Sequence record: SRR2962707_4944
DNA: 61,351 bases
Reading direction: 5' to 3' (one strand)
The position numbers were made by a program, and so were the translations under genes. Below the pieces are notes generated by a model. That model saw only the letters and a list, made by a program, of their open reading frames with translations, did not search any database and was not told where the DNA came from. Shown here piece by piece: positions 58,163 through 61,351 of the stretch. How positions within the stretch are numbered: the stretch's first letter is position 1; each line of letters begins with the position of its first letter.

Positions 58163-58447
58163 ATGACCATGGCAACAGCCCAAAATCCGAAACATCAACT
58201 TAAAGCGCGGTGGAGCCTATCTGTGTTTGCGGTAAGGATCCTCGGGTTCAGCTCCCCTGGAGTTCAGCGCAATGTAGAGCTTTCCCGAGAACACGCCGAT
58301 CCAGCATCGAACACTGACCACATTACAGAATTACTAGACAAGATCGATCAAGGGTATCTTGTCGAGGAAACCGGCGAACGCGCATACATACCCCGTTTCG
58401 CACGAGCATGGGTGAAGTCGTCTGTTTCTTCTGGTGGTTGGGTATAG
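58163..58447 (+). CDS. small hypothetical protein divergent from the LysR gene
   Basis: GGGAGAG RBS upstream; 94 aa; no recognised family. Confidence 0.4.
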   Translation: MTMATAQNPKHQLKARWSLSVFAVRILGFSSPGVQRNVELSREHADPASNTDHITELLDKIDQGYLVEETGERAYIPRFARAWVKSSVSSGGWV

Positions 58448-58590
58448 GACGGAACGCAAAACCGCGAATGAGTTTAGCCCATTACAAGTGAGCGCGTTAT
58501 TAGGGTTACAAACCACCGACATCCATCATTTTTGACAAAGTAAAAAAATGTGGCCTTTGGCGCATACACAGCAAACGCCCCCTTCGTCCC

Positions 58591-58620
58591 GACCTACTGA
58601 CCTACTGACCTACTGACCTA
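58591..58620. repeat. tandem 8-mer (GACCTACT)x3.75
   Basis: gacctact gacctact gacctact gaccta. Confidence 0.9.
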
Positions 58621-58773
58621 AGGCTCAATGTAAGTCCCGTCTGGGTCAGACATGCTTGACGTTTGGGCAAGTATTACAGGGAGCGGCCCATCGATGGACT
58701 TCAGAAAATCCGCCGCATCGAGTGAAACATCTCTGAACTTAGTTCTAAAAAATGGGAAAGCTGACCTTTGCGC
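58617..58773 (+). repeat. ~157-bp direct repeat, copy 1
   Basis: Manual alignment with 60438-60595 gives about 20 differences (~87% identity). Confidence 0.9.
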
Positions 58774-58839
58774 GGATCGCAGCGAAGGTCTTGAAGGAGC
58801 CCTCTTCGATACTTGAATACTCTGCTGTCATTGCGTCCT

Positions 58840-59769
58840 TCAGGTATTCAAGCCGTGCAACAGCTCTGTTATCCGGCTTCTCAGCCATAGGTGTGGTGGA
58901 CTGTCAGAAAACCGACGGTGCCAAATTAGCATCAAGCGGGCCGGATCCACGGGGATCGGAGGCTCAAACACATTGAGATTTGCTGATTTGGCAATGCTGT
59001 GCGCTAACGCTGATGGAAGCAAGGCAATGAGGTCCGAACCGGCAACGGCGCGGTATACTCCAGAGAAAAATGGCAGGGTCATTGCCACGCGACGATCACG
59101 GCCAATCCGCGCAAGGGCGTCATCCCCAAGGCCTTTGGTATTACCTTCGGTCGAAAACAGAACATGTCCCAGGTCGCAGAATAGGTCGAGAGGCATGACA
59201 TCGCCTGGTACAATCGCGTTTGTCCTTGGATGAGCCTTTCTGGCAATGACAGAGAAGGACGAGTTGAATACCGGTTGGCCTTCCGCCCAGTCGGGCAAAA
59301 GCGTTTCAGGGAGCAATGCAAAATCCACCGCGTGGCTCGCCAAGGTGCCAACACGGTCGTCTGGGACAAGGTTGACGAGGTGAACACGAACAGAAGGCGC
59401 ATGTTCTGTCAAATGCTCGGCCAATGCGGGTATGAGCATTTCAGCAAAGAAGTCGCTGCCTGAAATCCGAAAACTGTGTTCTGCGGTCGCAGGGTCGAAC
59501 ACATCTTGTGCGCGGATCAACGCTTCGACACGGCTCAAGGTGTCTTGAAGCGGTTCTTTAAGTGAAAGGGCGAACTCAGTCGCTTCGAGCTTCTGTCCGC
59601 TTCGAAAGAACAGCTCGTCGCCGAGAGATAGGCGAAGCCTTTTCAGCGCTCCGGATACCGCTGGCTGAGACAGGCCCAAACGCGCACCGGCCCTAACGGT
59701 GGAATGCTCAATCAGCAGTGCATCGAGCACACGCAGAAGGTTCAGATCGAAGCTAGATAAATTGGCCAT
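58840..59769 (-). CDS. LysR family regulator (NodD/DntR-like)
   Basis: FDLNLLRVLDALL...STVRAG.RLGLSQPAVSGALKRLR..LGDELF. Confidence 0.9.
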   Translation of the reverse strand: MANLSSFDLNLLRVLDALLIEHSTVRAGARLGLSQPAVSGALKRLRLSLGDELFFRSGQKLEATEFALSLKEPLQDTLSRVEALIRAQDVFDPATAEHSFRISGSDFFAEMLIPALAEHLTEHAPSVRVHLVNLVPDDRVGTLASHAVDFALLPETLLPDWAEGQPVFNSSFSVIARKAHPRTNAIVPGDVMPLDLFCDLGHVLFSTEGNTKGLGDDALARIGRDRRVAMTLPFFSGVYRAVAGSDLIALLPSALAHSIAKSANLNVFEPPIPVDPARLMLIWHRRFSDSPPHLWLRSRITELLHGLNT

Positions 59770-59863
59770 GCCAATTAATATCATACAATCTATCGATTTA
59801 ACAAATTAATCTCGCGTGAGTAGCCTGCGATCAGTTCCTACGATCAGCCCAAGGAGGATCAAG

Positions 59864-60331
59864 ATGCTGAATCGCCCCCGTGCTTATAACGTTCTTAACA
59901 TACTCATGAAGTTCCATGCTTTTCCGTCCGAGACGATGGATAAGTTCTGCCTTGTCGAATGCCTTGTTCCGGTTGGAGCCGGTGCGCCGCCGAACCACCA
60001 CGCAGGCGAGACGGAGGCGTTCTATGTCATCGACGGGCAGATTGGTTTCGTGGTCGATGGCAAGGAAATCCTGGCGGGTCCAGGCGATCATGTTGCAATT
60101 CCCGATGGGGCTATTCACGCGTTCCAAGCCGTCGGAGACAAGCCGGCCCGCCTCTTGATCATCAACGCGCCCGGACACATGCACGACAGGTTTTTTACCG
60201 AAATCGGACACGCGCTTCCGGAGGGCCAAACCGAATTACCGAAACCCAGTCAGCCGGATATTCCGTCAGTGCTATCCATCGCGGAGAAAGTTGGCATGAC
60301 ATTTGTGGCTCCGACCGAAGCACCTGTTTGA
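59864..60331 (+). CDS. cupin domain protein
   Basis: PPNHHAGETEAFYVIDG, GPGD.V.IP.G..HAF; AAGGAGG RBS. Confidence 0.85.
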   Translation: MLNRPRAYNVLNILMKFHAFPSETMDKFCLVECLVPVGAGAPPNHHAGETEAFYVIDGQIGFVVDGKEILAGPGDHVAIPDGAIHAFQAVGDKPARLLIINAPGHMHDRFFTEIGHALPEGQTELPKPSQPDIPSVLSIAEKVGMTFVAPTEAPV

Positions 60332-60437
60332 CGCGCGCCATAAACCGCAAGCAAGAAGGGTGCGGGAGGCAAATAACACCTGCATCTGAACCAACAAGAC
60401 ATGAGAAAGTTGGCGTCGTCTACTCTTCAGACCTTGG

Positions 60438-60595
60438 CCTAGGGCTCAATTTAAGTCCGCTCTGGGTCAGACATGCTTGACATTTGAGCCAGTATTGCAG
60501 GGCGCGGCCCACCGATAGGCTTCAGAAAATCCGCCGCATCGAGTCAAACATCTCTGACCAACGTTCTGAAAAATTTGGAAAGCTGACCTTTGCGC
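60438..60595 (+). repeat. ~158-bp direct repeat, copy 2
   Basis: cctagggctcaatttaagtccgctctgggtcagacatgcttgac...ggaaagctgacctttgcgc. Confidence 0.9.
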
Positions 60596-60628
60596 CGCGC
60601 GCGCCTAAGGGCCGGAACGAGCCCAGAC

Positions 60629-61252
60629 CTACCGACCTATGCAAGCCGAATTTTGCTCGCAGACGACATCCGGCAAGTCGAATAGTCTGTTCATTGTATG
60701 ATTTAGATTGTACGCCGATGGCTCACGCATTGAGATCACAATCGTGACCCAGTTTTCTGCCTCGTGATAGAAATTAGAGCTAGCCCATTGTGTGTCACCA
60801 AGTGCGGCATTTAGGGTTGGATCGGGGTGTTCGAAGCCTTGCTTAAGTCTCTGAACTGCGATCATAATTTCTTGCTGTGCATCGATGTCATAGGGAGCGA
60901 CATCGCTCGCGCAGTCTAGAGTAGACCTTGTTGTTTCCTCCCCAGAGATAACCACCAGCACATTGAAAGTGCTCGCTTTGACAGGGGTTTCAGGACCATC
61001 CAAAACTTCCGTTATTGCAAAGCCCTTATCCAAATTTTCAAGGAACTTCGTAACACGTGATGCGTTGATCTCTTCAAAATCGGAACACAGGACAATGCTC
61101 TCTGCTTCCAGAAATGCTGAATTACTTCGAATAGGCATCGGAATTTCTGCCAAGGCAAAACAGGGGACAAGGCCAATCCAACATGAAGTGATGAAGCGAA
61201 ATATCATGCGTATAACATCGGGCAAAGCCATCCTTGTTTCAAGGCACCCCAT
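60629..61252 (-). CDS. hypothetical protein, possibly secreted; start uncertain
   Basis: 207-aa ORF with a signal-like segment ending FALA-E; no family recognised. Confidence 0.5.
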   Translation of the reverse strand: MGCLETRMALPDVIRMIFRFITSCWIGLVPCFALAEIPMPIRSNSAFLEAESIVLCSDFEEINASRVTKFLENLDKGFAITEVLDGPETPVKASTFNVLVVISGEETTRSTLDCASDVAPYDIDAQQEIMIAVQRLKQGFEHPDPTLNAALGDTQWASSNFYHEAENWVTIVISMREPSAYNLNHTMNRLFDLPDVVCEQNSACIGR

Positions 61253-61351
61253 TCAACCGAAAAACGCTCAAAATTGAGGTTATCCAAACAGCAACTGTCA
61301 AAGATCAACGGCGGCTAAGTACCGCATAGCAGACCTCGGAACACCCAAAAT

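Noticed and set aside
58591-60640. CRISPR array or integron attC interpretation of the repeats
   Set aside because: No regular repeat-spacer periodicity, no cas genes, no intI and no recognisable attC core ends
1-61351. rRNA, tRNA, transposase, integrase or phage genes
   Set aside because: None recognised by eye; tRNAscan-SE and Rfam were not run

Overview
Bacterial chromosomal-type window of roughly 55% GC by eye. Gene content and codon style look like a marine alphaproteobacterium (Rhodobacteraceae/roseobacter-like; this is inference). Five blocks: (1) 1-5 kb, a MarR-controlled 3-hydroxybenzoate/gentisate catabolic operon next to a partial TRAP solute-binding gene. (2) 5-15 kb, LysR/DsbA-like, GNAT and aldo-keto reductase genes, plus a complete phaAB-C-D-E-F-G (Mrp) cation/H+ antiporter operon. 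(3) 15.3-42.2 kb, a ~27 kb sugar-acid catabolic super-cluster (GntR, TRAP, enolase-family enzyme, two PhyH-type dioxygenases, UxaA, IlvD/Edd, IdnO/IdnD, KdgK, DenD, a frameshifted RraA-like aldolase), tied together by four copies of a TGGTATACCA operator. (4) 42.5-56.6 kb, an alginate-type exopolysaccharide operon (algD-alg8-alg44-algA-algG-orf-algX-SEL1 protein-algL) with a divergent lyase-like lipoprotein. (5) 56.6-61.35 kb, an accessory region of LysR, cupin and orphan genes interleaved with a ~157-bp direct repeat and short degenerate palindromic units. The most notable signal is the alginate-like system. AlgD and Alg8 keep their catalytic motifs, but Alg44 lacks the c-di-GMP-binding motifs, AlgX lacks two of three catalytic residues, AlgG lacks DPHD, AlgL has GNLRAW for NNHSYW, and the AlgA isomerase domain is degenerate. 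algK, algE and algIJF are absent, while a 912-aa SEL1-repeat protein and an orphan secreted protein are present. This suggests a divergent, possibly c-di-GMP-independent, unmodified polymannuronate system. No rRNA, tRNA, CRISPR, transposase or integrase was recognised. All family calls come from motif recognition by eye; no database searches were run.
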